A DNA stretch of 64,000 nucleotides from Actinomycetota bacterium (GTDB lineage Bacteria; Actinomycetota; Acidimicrobiia; Actinomarinales; Actinomarinaceae): the NCBI GenBank assembly GCA_014384285.1, contig JACNGE010000011.1, forward strand, positions 20,617 to 84,616, written 5' to 3'. The first letter of the stretch is position 1, and each line of letters starts with the position of its first letter. The notes under the pieces were generated by a model. It was given only the letters and a program-made list of their open reading frames with translations, had not been told where the DNA came from and made no database searches. Shown here one piece after another: positions 1-9,316 of this stretch. The position numbers and the translations under genes were made by a program.

Positions 1-642
1 ATCATGACGCCGAGAGTAGATGTATTGTTTTTATCACTACCCGTCAGTCTTGATGATGTAAAAAAAGTTGTAAACGATAAAAGAATTTCCAGAGTTCCTG
101 TTTCGAAAACGGAATCTCTAGATGATACATTTGGTGTTGTTTATGTGAAGGATTTAATAAATCTAAACGATCCAACTGAAAGTGTAGAAATAGAGAGCTT
201 GATTAAAGATGCTATTTATCTTCCAGAGTATACCACTGTCCTTTCGGCCCTAAATATTCTCCGAGAAAATAAATCAAGTTTCGCATGTGTGATTGATGAA
301 AATGGTGGTATCGAAGGTGTTGTTACAATCAAAGATGTTCTTTCGGAGTTTGTAGGTGATTTACCAGACGAACATGATCAAAGATTTTCTGGTATTAGAA
401 GATTAGGCCCTGGTCAGTGGCGAATAGATGGAAAAACTGATATTGATGACTTTGAAGAATTTTTTGGTCTTGAGGAAAGTGGCAAAGATGTTGCTACAGT
501 TGGGGGGCTTTACCTGAGTCATAGTGAACAGCTTCCATCAGAGGGTGAAAAAATAACTATAAACGGCCTAGAAATAACTGTCGTAGAGTTAGACAGTAGA
601 AGAATTGAATCCGTAGTAGTTAAAAAAATAGCTAAGAAATAA
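1..642 (+). CDS. Hemolysin/CorC-HlyC family CBS-domain protein (5' end outside window)
   Basis: MTPRVDV...SRVPV tandem CBS domains, VIDENGGIEGVVTIKDVLSEFVGDLPDEHD, C-terminal CorC_HlyC domain (TVGG, RRIESV). Confidence 0.9.
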   Translation: MMTPRVDVLFLSLPVSLDDVKKVVNDKRISRVPVSKTESLDDTFGVVYVKDLINLNDPTESVEIESLIKDAIYLPEYTTVLSALNILRENKSSFACVIDENGGIEGVVTIKDVLSEFVGDLPDEHDQRFSGIRRLGPGQWRIDGKTDIDDFEEFFGLEESGKDVATVGGLYLSHSEQLPSEGEKITINGLEITVVELDSRRIESVVVKKIAKK

Positions 643-669
643 TTTATCACAATCCACTAGAGTAAAAGT

Positions 670-951
670 ATGCAAGTTTTATATGCCTTAATTCCACTCT
701 TAGGAGGTTGGTTGGTATATGGCCTTATTGCATCTCTATTTCTGAAAAGAGCCAGTAGTAGAGATTATTTGCTACTTATATCCTCTGGGCTTATTGGAGG
801 GCTTATTGGAGGCTCTATAGGTGAAGGCATGGACATACCTGGGAATCTATGGTGGATGAGAGAATTGCTAAAAATTGGAGTCACAATTGTAGCAATGTAT
901 ACGATTCAAATTATCAGACTACAAGTTTACAATTTTAAAAATAAAAACTAG
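670..951 (+). CDS. Small membrane protein (GlsB/YeaQ-like hydrophobic pattern)
   Basis: Three hydrophobic segments with GLIGGLIGG; TAGAGT -10-like box 6 nt before ATG. Confidence 0.55.
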   Translation: MQVLYALIPLLGGWLVYGLIASLFLKRASSRDYLLLISSGLIGGLIGGSIGEGMDIPGNLWWMRELLKIGVTIVAMYTIQIIRLQVYNFKNKN

Positions 952-1226
952 TTTTTTGGGACTCTGGCTGCTTTTAATAAACTTGCATTTTCGTCAATCA
1001 AACCGCATCTTTTTGAAAGTAGTTTTGTGTTAAATGCAAATAGGTTTTTTCTCCAAGTAGCTATAAAGCCATACCCACCTGCTTCATCTAGCTTTGCAAA
1101 AGCTGCATCAAGATCTTTTGTAGATTCGGCTATGACAACTGGTAGAGTTTCATAAGTTGCATCATAATCTTCAGAAGGTTCAATTTTAGATGAAAGTAGC
1201 AATGTTTCTAGAAGTGAACTACTCAT
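948..1226 (-). CDS. Hypothetical protein, last gene of mannitol PTS operon
   Basis: 92-aa ORF overlapping the HPr stop, same strand; no family recognised. Confidence 0.55.
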   Translation of the reverse strand: MSSSLLETLLLSSKIEPSEDYDATYETLPVVIAESTKDLDAAFAKLDEAGGYGFIATWRKNLFAFNTKLLSKRCGLIDENASLLKAARVPKN

Positions 1227-1503
1227 TGTCTAGCAACTCCTCAAATTTCGATAAAAAAAGTTCTTCATCTTCTCCATCAAGCACGATCGTGAAGGGCTTG
1301 TCTTTGGCTATGCCAAGACTTAATATACCAATCATACTTTTTCCATCTTTTTCAATGAGTTTTTCTTCACCAGTCTGTGGATTTTTCTTATTAAATTTAA
1401 CTTTTACTGTACCATCAAACTCTTGTGCAATCTTAACGAATAGACTTGCAGGCCTTGCATGTAAACCAACTTCATCTTTAACAACTAATTCTTTTTCTAA
1501 CAT
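1219..1503 (-). CDS. ptsH: Phosphocarrier protein HPr
   Basis: GLHARPAS (His15 motif), DGKSMIGILSLG (Ser46 motif). Confidence 0.95.
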   Translation of the reverse strand: MLEKELVVKDEVGLHARPASLFVKIAQEFDGTVKVKFNKKNPQTGEEKLIEKDGKSMIGILSLGIAKDKPFTIVLDGEDEELFLSKFEELLDNE

Positions 1504-2583
1504 TTACAAACCTAGCCTTTCAATGTAATTATCACTATAGTTTCCAATTTCCCAAAACTCACTATATATATTAGTTTTTCCCTTTTTTAAGACTGTCTTG
1601 TTAAAACTACTGAAACCTTCAACTTGTGGAAAGTCTTCATGGATAATTATGTCCAATACAATTCTGAATGTATTGACATCTTTATTATTGTTTATCAATA
1701 GTCTTAGAGGGTATTCAAACCTTTCATTTTTAGAAAATTTAATTTCAGGATTTCTGGCAATTCTGTCTACCTGATCTTTTATATCTGGAAGCGCAAATCT
1801 ATCAAGAATAGTTCTACCAAAATCATCTAAGTTTTCATCTGTTTTAGAAAATAAATAATATGCTTCAGATAAACTCTTCACAGCTTGTTCTGCAAACTCT
1901 CTTCCTTCTGTACTTGAAATTATCTCATCAATATAAAAATTACCCTTTGAAAGTCCGTAATAAGCAAGTTTTAAATGGAGACCATTTAAAAGCCATAACT
2001 TTTTATAAAATTCATTTTCATAATTTTTATAAGAAACTATTTTTGATGAATCGAGGGGTTGTAATTCAGTTGCATCATCCAAAATAATTGATCCATAAGT
2101 TTCTACAACAACGTCTAAAGACATTAAAGGCTGGGGAGGAACAATTTTGTCTACAACTGCATCAATAATTTTTAAATTAGGGTTGGGAGATTTTATTTTT
2201 GATCCTGTATTGCTCGATGCTCTGTACATGTTTTCAAAAGCTATAAATACTTGTTCTTCTTTGTGGTCAAGCATGGCTACTTTTTCAAAGATTCCCTCTA
2301 CAAACTTTGGTCCAACAGAAGTTGTAACTATGTCAGCACTTAGCAATACTTCATTTAATTTTTGAGTATCTTCTAAATGTACTGCTCTAATATTTTTTAT
2401 TTTCTGCTTGTTAAATCCATTTATATCAAGAGATTTTATTGTATATTGACCTTGTTCGTTTATTTGATTAACTATATCTGTGTTTACATCTACAAATATC
2501 ACTTCACAGTCATTATCTTGAAGTACCGGAGCAATGAACCCTCTTCCTATATTGCCAGCACCAAAATGAACAGCGTGTTTCAT
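1504..2583 (-). CDS. mtlD: Mannitol-1-phosphate 5-dehydrogenase
   Basis: AVHFGAGNIGRGFI, TTSVG, VDKIVP, KLWLLNGLH, RIARNP; adjacent to mannitol PTS genes. Confidence 0.92.
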   Translation of the reverse strand: MKHAVHFGAGNIGRGFIAPVLQDNDCEVIFVDVNTDIVNQINEQGQYTIKSLDINGFNKQKIKNIRAVHLEDTQKLNEVLLSADIVTTSVGPKFVEGIFEKVAMLDHKEEQVFIAFENMYRASSNTGSKIKSPNPNLKIIDAVVDKIVPPQPLMSLDVVVETYGSIILDDATELQPLDSSKIVSYKNYENEFYKKLWLLNGLHLKLAYYGLSKGNFYIDEIISSTEGREFAEQAVKSLSEAYYLFSKTDENLDDFGRTILDRFALPDIKDQVDRIARNPEIKFSKNERFEYPLRLLINNNKDVNTFRIVLDIIIHEDFPQVEGFSSFNKTVLKKGKTNIYSEFWEIGNYSDNYIERLGL

Positions 2584-3023
2584 AGGCTCATAGATAAAAG
2601 ATTAAAAATATTTTCTACAGATGATTCTTTCCAAAGTTTTTTAGCATCTTCCTCTTCTTCTATTGCATCAGCTAAAGCTGATAATACTCCCATGTGATCA
2701 TCGGAATTGGCTGCAATGCCGACAATTACATACGCCATCTCCTCGTTCCAAAAAACTCCATCAGGTACTTGGATTACACTGATTCCAGTGTGTTTAACAT
2801 GTTTAGAACCCTCTGCCATGCCATGAGGTATGGCAACACCATTGCCTATATATGTGGCAAAAGATTGTGTTTCAAGCTTTTCGAGCATTGATTGGATGTA
2901 TTCTTTCTCTACATAGCCATTCTGAAAAAGAATTTCTCCAGCCATAATTGTTGCATCTTCTTTTGAAGTAAATGCTTGGCCTGTAACTATAGATTCTTTG
3001 ACTAATACCTCATTTTGATTCAT
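2580..3023 (-). CDS. mtlF: PTS mannitol-family EIIA
   Basis: TYIGNGVAIPHG EIIA(Mtl/Fru) phospho-His motif; GIAANSDDH. Confidence 0.9.
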   Translation of the reverse strand: MNQNEVLVKESIVTGQAFTSKEDATIMAGEILFQNGYVEKEYIQSMLEKLETQSFATYIGNGVAIPHGMAEGSKHVKHTGISVIQVPDGVFWNEEMAYVIVGIAANSDDHMGVLSALADAIEEEEDAKKLWKESSVENIFNLLSMSL

Positions 3024-3340
3024 GAAGAGGTGATTTCATTACCCTCTGATAAATCTGAAATAAGTTTTTTAAGAGATGGGTCATTCATAAACATTGTAAA
3101 TTGAACGATAACTGCATTTTCAGGTGCTGCTGCCTTTGCTGCTCCAGAAAGTCCTGTGTGACAGACAACTATATCGGAGTCTGCAGGAATTTGGGTTGCA
3201 GGTGCATGAACGATTTCTACATCTAATCCAGCTTTTTTTGCTTTTTTAATTAGGCCATTTTTAACCATTAAACTTGATCCGGCACCAGCTTCACACGCTA
3301 GGCAAATCTTTTTGACATCCGCTGCTTGTATTGAACTCAT
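3020..3340 (-). CDS. PTS mannitol-family EIIB (stand-alone)
   Basis: ACEAGAGSS EIIB Cys motif; start moved to ATG 3340 (MSSIQ), which has a GGAGG RBS. Confidence 0.9.
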   Translation of the reverse strand: MSSIQAADVKKICLACEAGAGSSLMVKNGLIKKAKKAGLDVEIVHAPATQIPADSDIVVCHTGLSGAAKAAAPENAVIVQFTMFMNDPSLKKLISDLSEGNEITSS

Positions 3341-3350
3341 ATTTTCCTCC

Positions 3351-3390
3351 AAAAAAAATTGACTTGAGGATTTTACTCCCCAAGTCAATT
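3351..3390 (-). terminator. Intra-operon hairpin with U-tract between EIIC and EIIB
   Basis: Minus strand AATTGACTTGGGGA-GTAAAA-TCCTCAAGTCAATT followed by T run, directly before the EIIB RBS. Confidence 0.65.
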
Positions 3391-3408
3391 ATAACTTAAT
3401 AGTTTATG

Positions 3409-4470
3409 TTAGACAGTAGGTATATTGCTTTCGATAGTAGCTTCTACGCCTGCGTCTGTTTCTTTGATTGGGCGAGCTCTTAGTAAGATAACACCGACTA
3501 CAGCAGATGCTGCTGTTGCGATTGCCACTCCACCGAGAACTGCAAATGCCCCACCTTTTGGAAGCATAGCAATGTATGCAAAAATACTTCCTGGTGATGG
3601 AGGTCCTACAAGACCTGCTCCGGTTGCTACGAACCAAAGGTCAGCTGAAATTCCACCAGCCCACATTGCGATGATCATAATTGGATGACCAAGGACATAT
3701 GGGAAATAGATTTCGTGAATTCCTCCAAAGAAATGGATAATTATTGAGCCAGGTGCGGATTCTTTCCACATGCCTGTACCAGCAAACCAATATGCTAGAA
3801 GTAATCCAAGTCCTGGACCTGGGTTTGTTTCTAGTAAGAAATATATTGATTGACCAGCTTCTGCTGACTCAGCTGCTCCAAGAGGTGTTAACACACCTTG
3901 GTTTACAGCATTGTTCAAGAACAATACTTTTGCAACTTCAATAGGAATGTCAGCTAACGGAACTAGACCACTGTCTACTAACGCTGCTGCACCATTTCCT
4001 AATGCTTCTGTTATTGCATCAAGTATTGGACTGATAATGTTAAAAGCTAGAACAGCAAGACCCCAACCCAAAATACCGAGTGAGAAGTTGTCATATAACA
4101 TCTCAAAACCTTCTGGTATATTGTCTTGTAATCTACTATCCACTTGCTTCAGTACCCAAGCTGCTGCTGGACCAATGGCCATAGCACCTAGGAACTGTGG
4201 TGAAGATGTAGCAACAATAATTGCTGTTGTAACAACTGCACCGATTACACCACCTCTATGACCATGAACCATTTTTCCACCTGTATAACCTAATAGAAGT
4301 GGAAGAAGAGTCAGAATCATAGGACCTACCATTTGGACCAAATCTTCGTTTGGCAACCAACCAGTAGGTATATAAAGTGCTGTAATTAAACCCCAAGCAA
4401 TGAAAGCACCAATATTAGGAATAACCATTCCTGACATAGCACCGCCAACGCGTTGTATGGATTCTTTCAT
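3409..4470 (-). CDS. mtlA: PTS mannitol EIIC permease
   Basis: SGMVIPNIGAFIAWGLITAL, KVLFLNNAVNQG, LETNPGPGLG, HFFGGIHEIYFPY. Confidence 0.95.
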   Translation of the reverse strand: MKESIQRVGGAMSGMVIPNIGAFIAWGLITALYIPTGWLPNEDLVQMVGPMILTLLPLLLGYTGGKMVHGHRGGVIGAVVTTAIIVATSSPQFLGAMAIGPAAAWVLKQVDSRLQDNIPEGFEMLYDNFSLGILGWGLAVLAFNIISPILDAITEALGNGAAALVDSGLVPLADIPIEVAKVLFLNNAVNQGVLTPLGAAESAEAGQSIYFLLETNPGPGLGLLLAYWFAGTGMWKESAPGSIIIHFFGGIHEIYFPYVLGHPIMIIAMWAGGISADLWFVATGAGLVGPPSPGSIFAYIAMLPKGGAFAVLGGVAIATAASAVVGVILLRARPIKETDAGVEATIESNIPTV

Positions 4471-4534
4471 ATTACAATCCCCCTAACGATCGTTTTTGTT
4501 GAATTTTTCAACAATATCATTATAAAAGTAGGTT

Positions 4535-5044
4535 TTGATGTTTCACTTTGACTTTCGTTCATCTAAAATTAAATATGTAACTAAATTGTTGCTAAAAAGT
4601 CTATTTTTTAGACCAATTCAACAAAAAAGACTTGATTCATTAAAAAAAGGGGTTTTTTTGAAAAATATACTTATTTTTCTTGTTTTAATTGTCTTTTTGG
4701 CGGCAATTTCTATCGGAGCAACAGGATCTTTAGTTTCAGGAACATCAGGTGTATTTAATAAGGTACAAGGTGAGGTTTTTCAGGAAACATCCAGTGAAGT
4801 CATTATTGAAGATGATAAATTATTCATTTCTATAAATAAAAAAGATAAAGAAAATACTGAAAAAAGTGTTATCGATTGCCTTAATTTTTACTCGGATAAG
4901 TACCCTGATCTACTGGTATACACCTGTGAGATAGTTGTTAGAACTAACATAATTATTGATGATAGTTGTAATTACTTAACTGGAGTACTGACAAAGAAGT
5001 ACGCAGAAGAATCTATAACTTTAAACTACAACAGTAGCTGTTAG
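4535..5044 (+). CDS. Hypothetical membrane-anchored/secreted protein (true start probably downstream, near 4658)
   Basis: N-terminal hydrophobic helix followed by a polar region with four Cys. Confidence 0.55.
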   Translation: MMFHFDFRSSKIKYVTKLLLKSLFFRPIQQKRLDSLKKGVFLKNILIFLVLIVFLAAISIGATGSLVSGTSGVFNKVQGEVFQETSSEVIIEDDKLFISINKKDKENTEKSVIDCLNFYSDKYPDLLVYTCEIVVRTNIIIDDSCNYLTGVLTKKYAEESITLNYNSSC

Positions 5045-5319
5045 TCAAATAGAGAGCCGAGTAGACTTTCTCCCTCAACTTCAATTTCTGCAAGAGGCTC
5101 ACCTACATTAACCATCGAACCTTCTTCAGCAATTAGTTTTGTAATTTTTCCATCAAATGGACTATCTAGATCCATATCGACCTTGTCGGTAGCAATCTCA
5201 GCTATCACATCACCTTTTTTTACTTCATCTCCAACATTTACTTTCCAAGTTAACAGTTCTGCTTCTGTCATTTGGTCAGACATCGCAGGAAGAATAATAT
5301 TTTCATTGCTCATTTTCAA
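5041..5319 (-). CDS. Stand-alone biotin/lipoyl attachment domain protein
   Basis: W.V.VGD.V.KGD.IAEIATDKVDM lipoyl-Lys motif; no E2 catalytic domain. Confidence 0.9.
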   Translation of the reverse strand: MKMSNENIILPAMSDQMTEAELLTWKVNVGDEVKKGDVIAEIATDKVDMDLDSPFDGKITKLIAEEGSMVNVGEPLAEIEVEGESLLGSLFD

Positions 5320-6298
5320 TCATCTCCTTTATTTTTTGTACGATATCCTCTTCTTGAGGTATCACTGTTGTTTCTAAATGTTTTGCAGACGGCATAGGAC
5401 TATGTAGACCAGCTAATAATTCTGGTGATTGATTTAGTGCTTTGAATGCACGAGAAGTAACTACTTCAGATATTAAGGTAGAGCCAACAGAGCTACTCGC
5501 AGGGGCTTCTTGGCAAACTAATAGTCTTTTAGTTTTCTCAACTGAGTTAATTACTGATTCTGAATCCATAGGTGCTAAAGTCAATAAATCAATAATTTCA
5601 ATAGAGTAATCTGTTAGGGAATCTTCTTTTGCAGCACTTATAACACTATTTACCATGTTTGAATATGAGACAACAGTAATATCATTCCCCTCTTGAATAA
5701 CTTTTGATTTACCAAGCTCTGATGAATCACTAGGCATAGGTCCTAAATTTACTTCGGACTTAAGTTTGTAAATTAACTTATGTTCCATAAAAATTACAGG
5801 ATTTGGATCAACGAAGGAAGCTAAAAGTAGATCAAATGCATTTTGAGGATTTGATGGAGTTACAACTTTTAAGCCTGGTACGTGACAAAACCATGACTCT
5901 AACGACTGACTGTGTTGTGCTGCTGCACCTGTACCAGCGCCACTAGCTCCTCTTACAATCATTGGAACATTCACTGCTCCTCCATACATGAAATGTAATT
6001 TCGCAGCCTGATTTACAATTGGATCCATCGCATTTACAATAAAGTCACTAAATTGCATCTCAACAATTGGCTTAGAGCCAGTAATAGCTGCACCGACGGC
6101 TAAACCGGCAATAACATCTTCTGAAATTGGTGTATCTTTAATTCTTTCATGACCATATTTTTCTAACAAACCATCTGTTACGCCAAAAGCCCCACCATAT
6201 ACTCCTATATCTTCACCTGCAATGAATGTTGTATCGTTTGAGTCTAAACAAAGAGATAGTGCTTCTTTGATTGCTTGCCCTGTTGTCATTTCAGGCAT
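5303..6298 (-). CDS. TPP-dependent 2-oxoacid/acetoin dehydrogenase E1 beta subunit
   Basis: GEDIGVYGGAFGVT, DTPISE, EMQFSDF, AAQHSQSLE. Confidence 0.93.
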   Translation of the reverse strand: MPEMTTGQAIKEALSLCLDSNDTTFIAGEDIGVYGGAFGVTDGLLEKYGHERIKDTPISEDVIAGLAVGAAITGSKPIVEMQFSDFIVNAMDPIVNQAAKLHFMYGGAVNVPMIVRGASGAGTGAAAQHSQSLESWFCHVPGLKVVTPSNPQNAFDLLLASFVDPNPVIFMEHKLIYKLKSEVNLGPMPSDSSELGKSKVIQEGNDITVVSYSNMVNSVISAAKEDSLTDYSIEIIDLLTLAPMDSESVINSVEKTKRLLVCQEAPASSSVGSTLISEVVTSRAFKALNQSPELLAGLHSPMPSAKHLETTVIPQEEDIVQKIKEMIENEQ

Positions 6299-7244
6299 AA
6301 GAATCCTCCTCTAAATTGGTTTTAGGACTTTCAGGTGATTCTAAAGCCTTTTTAACTGATTCTCTGATTAGGTTTTTTACTTCGACTTCAACCTTTTTTA
6401 ATTCGTCAATTTCTACTTTTTCTTCAGTTAATTTACCAATAAATCGTTTCAAAGGATCTTTTTCTTCTTTCCAAAAATTAATTTCATCTGATGTTCTATA
6501 CAAATTACGATCAGATTTTGAATGACCTCTATATCTATAAGTTACAGATTCAATAAACATTGGTTTTCCTGAACTTTTTATTTTTTCTTTACACTTAGAT
6601 ACAGTCTCATAGACCTCTTCAACATCGTTACCATCTATAGAGACACTTTTGATTCCATAAGATTCAGCTCTTTGAGTAATAGAACCTCCTGCAACAGCAT
6701 TTTCTGACGCCATGGACATGCCATATTGATTATTTTCACATACAAATAAGACTGGTAGGTCCCAAAGAGAAGCAAGGTTTAATGCCTCATGAAATGACCC
6801 TTCGTTTACAGCACCATCTCCAAAAAAACAAAGAACAATATTTTCAATTTTTTGCATTTTTAAAGATAGAGCTGCTCCTACTGAAATTGTTAAACTACCT
6901 GCAACAATTCCATTTGCACCTAGGTTCCCATTTGATAAATCGGCAATATGCATAGAGCCACCTCTGCCTCTACAGTATCCATCCTCTCTGCCGAGTAATT
7001 CAGCAAACATTTTGTAAGGGTCTGCACCTTTTGCTAAACAGTGGCCATGGCCTCGATGAGTAGAAGTAATTAAATCTTTTTTTTCTAAAGCTAGGCATGC
7101 ACCAGTAGCGGTAGCCTCTTGCCCAATAGATAAATGCATAGTTCCGTGCAACAACCCCCTTGAAAACATCTCTTCCAAGGCCTCTTCAAATAAACGAATA
7201 AGGAGCATCATTCGATATAGTTCTAATTTATTTTCTTTACTCAC
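6291..7244 (-). CDS. TPP-dependent 2-oxoacid/acetoin dehydrogenase E1 alpha subunit
   Basis: HLSIGQEA, STHRGHGH, GRGGSMH, GDGA...ENN TPP motif, YRYRGHS. Confidence 0.93.
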   Translation of the reverse strand: MSKENKLELYRMMLLIRLFEEALEEMFSRGLLHGTMHLSIGQEATATGACLALEKKDLITSTHRGHGHCLAKGADPYKMFAELLGREDGYCRGRGGSMHIADLSNGNLGANGIVAGSLTISVGAALSLKMQKIENIVLCFFGDGAVNEGSFHEALNLASLWDLPVLFVCENNQYGMSMASENAVAGGSITQRAESYGIKSVSIDGNDVEEVYETVSKCKEKIKSSGKPMFIESVTYRYRGHSKSDRNLYRTSDEINFWKEEKDPLKRFIGKLTEEKVEIDELKKVEVEVKNLIRESVKKALESPESPKTNLEEDSYA

Positions 7245-7254
7245 TTTTACCTTT

Positions 7255-8505
7255 TTAATTATTTTGTTTACTGCGTAACTTATTTATTAGGTTGTCAGGC
7301 AGTTCAATAGAGTCTCTAGGAATAGGTTCTCCTTGTTTAACCTCTCCGACAACGGTTGCTCCCTCAATCAGACCTAAGGGGGCTAGCCCCTCTGTTTCTG
7401 AATAGGGGTAAGCAACTCCATAGGAGCAGAAGCCACCAATTCCATCTATTGTGTCTCCGGGTTTCAAATTTTTCTTTGCATGACCAATTACCTCTGAAAT
7501 CCATGTTGTTGGCTGTAGTCCTGGTTCGTTATTAATAATTGCCATTCCAACACTTCTTGGTGCTTCGACAGAAGCTAAATGATAGGGCCTGTAAAGAGTG
7601 TAATAAGGGCCTTCACCCATAGACAGATATGCCATTTCCTCAATAATTGTTGGGTTATCTGTTGTAACAATTGAAAATACTCCTGGCGCTGGTCCAAAAG
7701 CAAAATCTACTCTCCCAGGTTCTTTCAAAACACCTCCATCTGATGTTGGAATTAGAGTCTTGTTTAGCTCTGAAACTTCACTAACAGGCCCATTCATTCC
7801 AACCTTGTCTAAAGGCATGCCTATGCCATTAGACAAAGAGGTCATCTCAATCATTGTTTTACTACCATCTACAAAGCTTGCAAGCATTTTTGGATTCATA
7901 TTTTTTTGTACTGCTCTTTCTTTTAATGAATCAGGTGTAGCAGTTTGATCTAATGGATTGTTTTTTCCTTTTCCAATACAAACTACTTCAAAACCTATAT
8001 CAACTGAGAAGTCATACAATTCCTTGCATGCCACAGGTTCATCCCCATTTGCAACACTATATACTATTCCTTTTTCTTTTGCTTTTTGAGCTAGGTATAG
8101 ACCTATCGTGATATCTGTTTCAACATTAAGCATTAAAATATGTTTACCTGCTTCAATACAACTTGAGGCTACTTCTGCACCAACCCATGGAACCCCTGTA
8201 GCTTCAAATACAATATCTATTGGAAGTTCTGCCAACTGTTTGGCGTCGTTAACTATTCCGCCATGACCGTTTGAGATTGAAGAAATTGCATCTTTGTTAT
8301 GCCCTATACTTTTCATGCCAGCAAGACCTAAGGCGTTTTCTGCTCTTTTATTGTCAATGTCAGCACAAGCTACTAATTCCATGCCAGGAATACGACTAAT
8401 TTGAGCTGCTAAGCCAGAACCCATTTGCCCAGCACCAGCAAGGCCAATACGTACTGGCCTTCCCAAATCTTTCTCTCTTTTAATAAGTTCTTGTGTGAAG
8501 TTCAT
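7255..8505 (-). CDS. NAD(P)-dependent oxidoreductase with C-terminal SAF domain (COG4091-like)
   Basis: GLAGAGQMG Rossmann motif, GDEP, GKGKNN, SFVDGSKTMIEM, YRPYHL, AKKNLKPGDTIDGIGG SAF domain. Confidence 0.85.
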   Translation of the reverse strand: MNFTQELIKREKDLGRPVRIGLAGAGQMGSGLAAQISRIPGMELVACADIDNKRAENALGLAGMKSIGHNKDAISSISNGHGGIVNDAKQLAELPIDIVFEATGVPWVGAEVASSCIEAGKHILMLNVETDITIGLYLAQKAKEKGIVYSVANGDEPVACKELYDFSVDIGFEVVCIGKGKNNPLDQTATPDSLKERAVQKNMNPKMLASFVDGSKTMIEMTSLSNGIGMPLDKVGMNGPVSEVSELNKTLIPTSDGGVLKEPGRVDFAFGPAPGVFSIVTTDNPTIIEEMAYLSMGEGPYYTLYRPYHLASVEAPRSVGMAIINNEPGLQPTTWISEVIGHAKKNLKPGDTIDGIGGFCSYGVAYPYSETEGLAPLGLIEGATVVGEVKQGEPIPRDSIELPDNLINKLRSKQNN

Positions 8506-8862
8506 TTAATTAATCTCTATCGTGTCGTCTACTTTTACTTCTGGCTTATTGGAAAAACTACAATTAACATCTCCAGGTAATGCTGCTTCTGTTGATGAAT
8601 CAAGTTTTAGAACTAGGTGACCTAAGTTAACAAAATTTTCATTTGCTACGGGGCCAACTGCTGTAACCGTGAGCTCTTCGTTAGATAAATTTATTGTTGT
8701 TCCAACTACAATTTCTCCAGTAACTTCTTTTAACTCATGGACAACGGCTACATCTTGTAGTTCTTCTGGAGCATTGTCTCCAAAAAATACAACTATTCCC
8801 TCTTCTAAAAATAAGTGGGCTTGTTCCCCAATTTTTACTATTTTAGAAGAGTAGACCCCCAC
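8506..8862 (-). CDS. srlB: PTS glucitol/sorbitol-family EIIA
   Basis: FGDNAPEEL, TAVG..A..NF.NLGH, LPG. Confidence 0.9.
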   Translation of the reverse strand: MGVYSSKIVKIGEQAHLFLEEGIVVFFGDNAPEELQDVAVVHELKEVTGEIVVGTTINLSNEELTVTAVGPVANENFVNLGHLVLKLDSSTEAALPGDVNCSFSNKPEVKVDDTIEIN

Positions 8863-9239
8863 TATATTTCAGTAATCTGATCTTCGCCTACGCCTGAAAC
8901 AAAGTTTTCTTCTCTAATGAACTGGGCCAACGGACCTGCTGGAGAAGTGTCATGTATGTCAATGGTTGGAACACCCTTCATTGGATAAACTCCTATTCTT
9001 GCAGTTCCACCGCAGTCAATTACCGCACAGGCCATAGCTTTAAAACCACCCTCTGGAGATGATTTAAAACCGTCAAATGGCTCTGCACCAGTCATATCTG
9101 CAATTTTTTGTGCTACTGGATGAATACCTCCACCGGTAATACAAACAACATATTTTTTTTCATCTGTAGGCTTTACTTCTAATGGGCCTCCCCATCCTCC
9201 AGGTCCTCTTTCGATTTTTACCTTTTTGTATTCTGCCAT
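8862..9239 (-). CDS. PTS glucitol-family EIIB (N-terminal half of SrlE, split)
   Basis: GGWGGPL, TGGGIHPVA, VIDCGGTARIGVYP, GPLAQFI.E..FVSGV. Confidence 0.9.
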   Translation of the reverse strand: MAEYKKVKIERGPGGWGGPLEVKPTDEKKYVVCITGGGIHPVAQKIADMTGAEPFDGFKSSPEGGFKAMACAVIDCGGTARIGVYPMKGVPTIDIHDTSPAGPLAQFIREENFVSGVGEDQITEI

Positions 9240-9258
9240 TTTTGCTCCTTAAATTATC

Positions 9259-9290
9259 TGTGACGCTCTAATTTTACTCAGAGCGCCACA
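9259..9290 (-). promoter_or_regulatory. Intergenic hairpin between the split SrlE halves
   Basis: Minus strand TGTGGCGCTCTGA-GTAAAA-TTAGAGCGTCACA; same GAGTAAAAT top as the 3351-3390 hairpin. Confidence 0.55.
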
Positions 9291-9316
9291 AAAAATGAAA
9301 TTGTTGTCTTTGAAGT

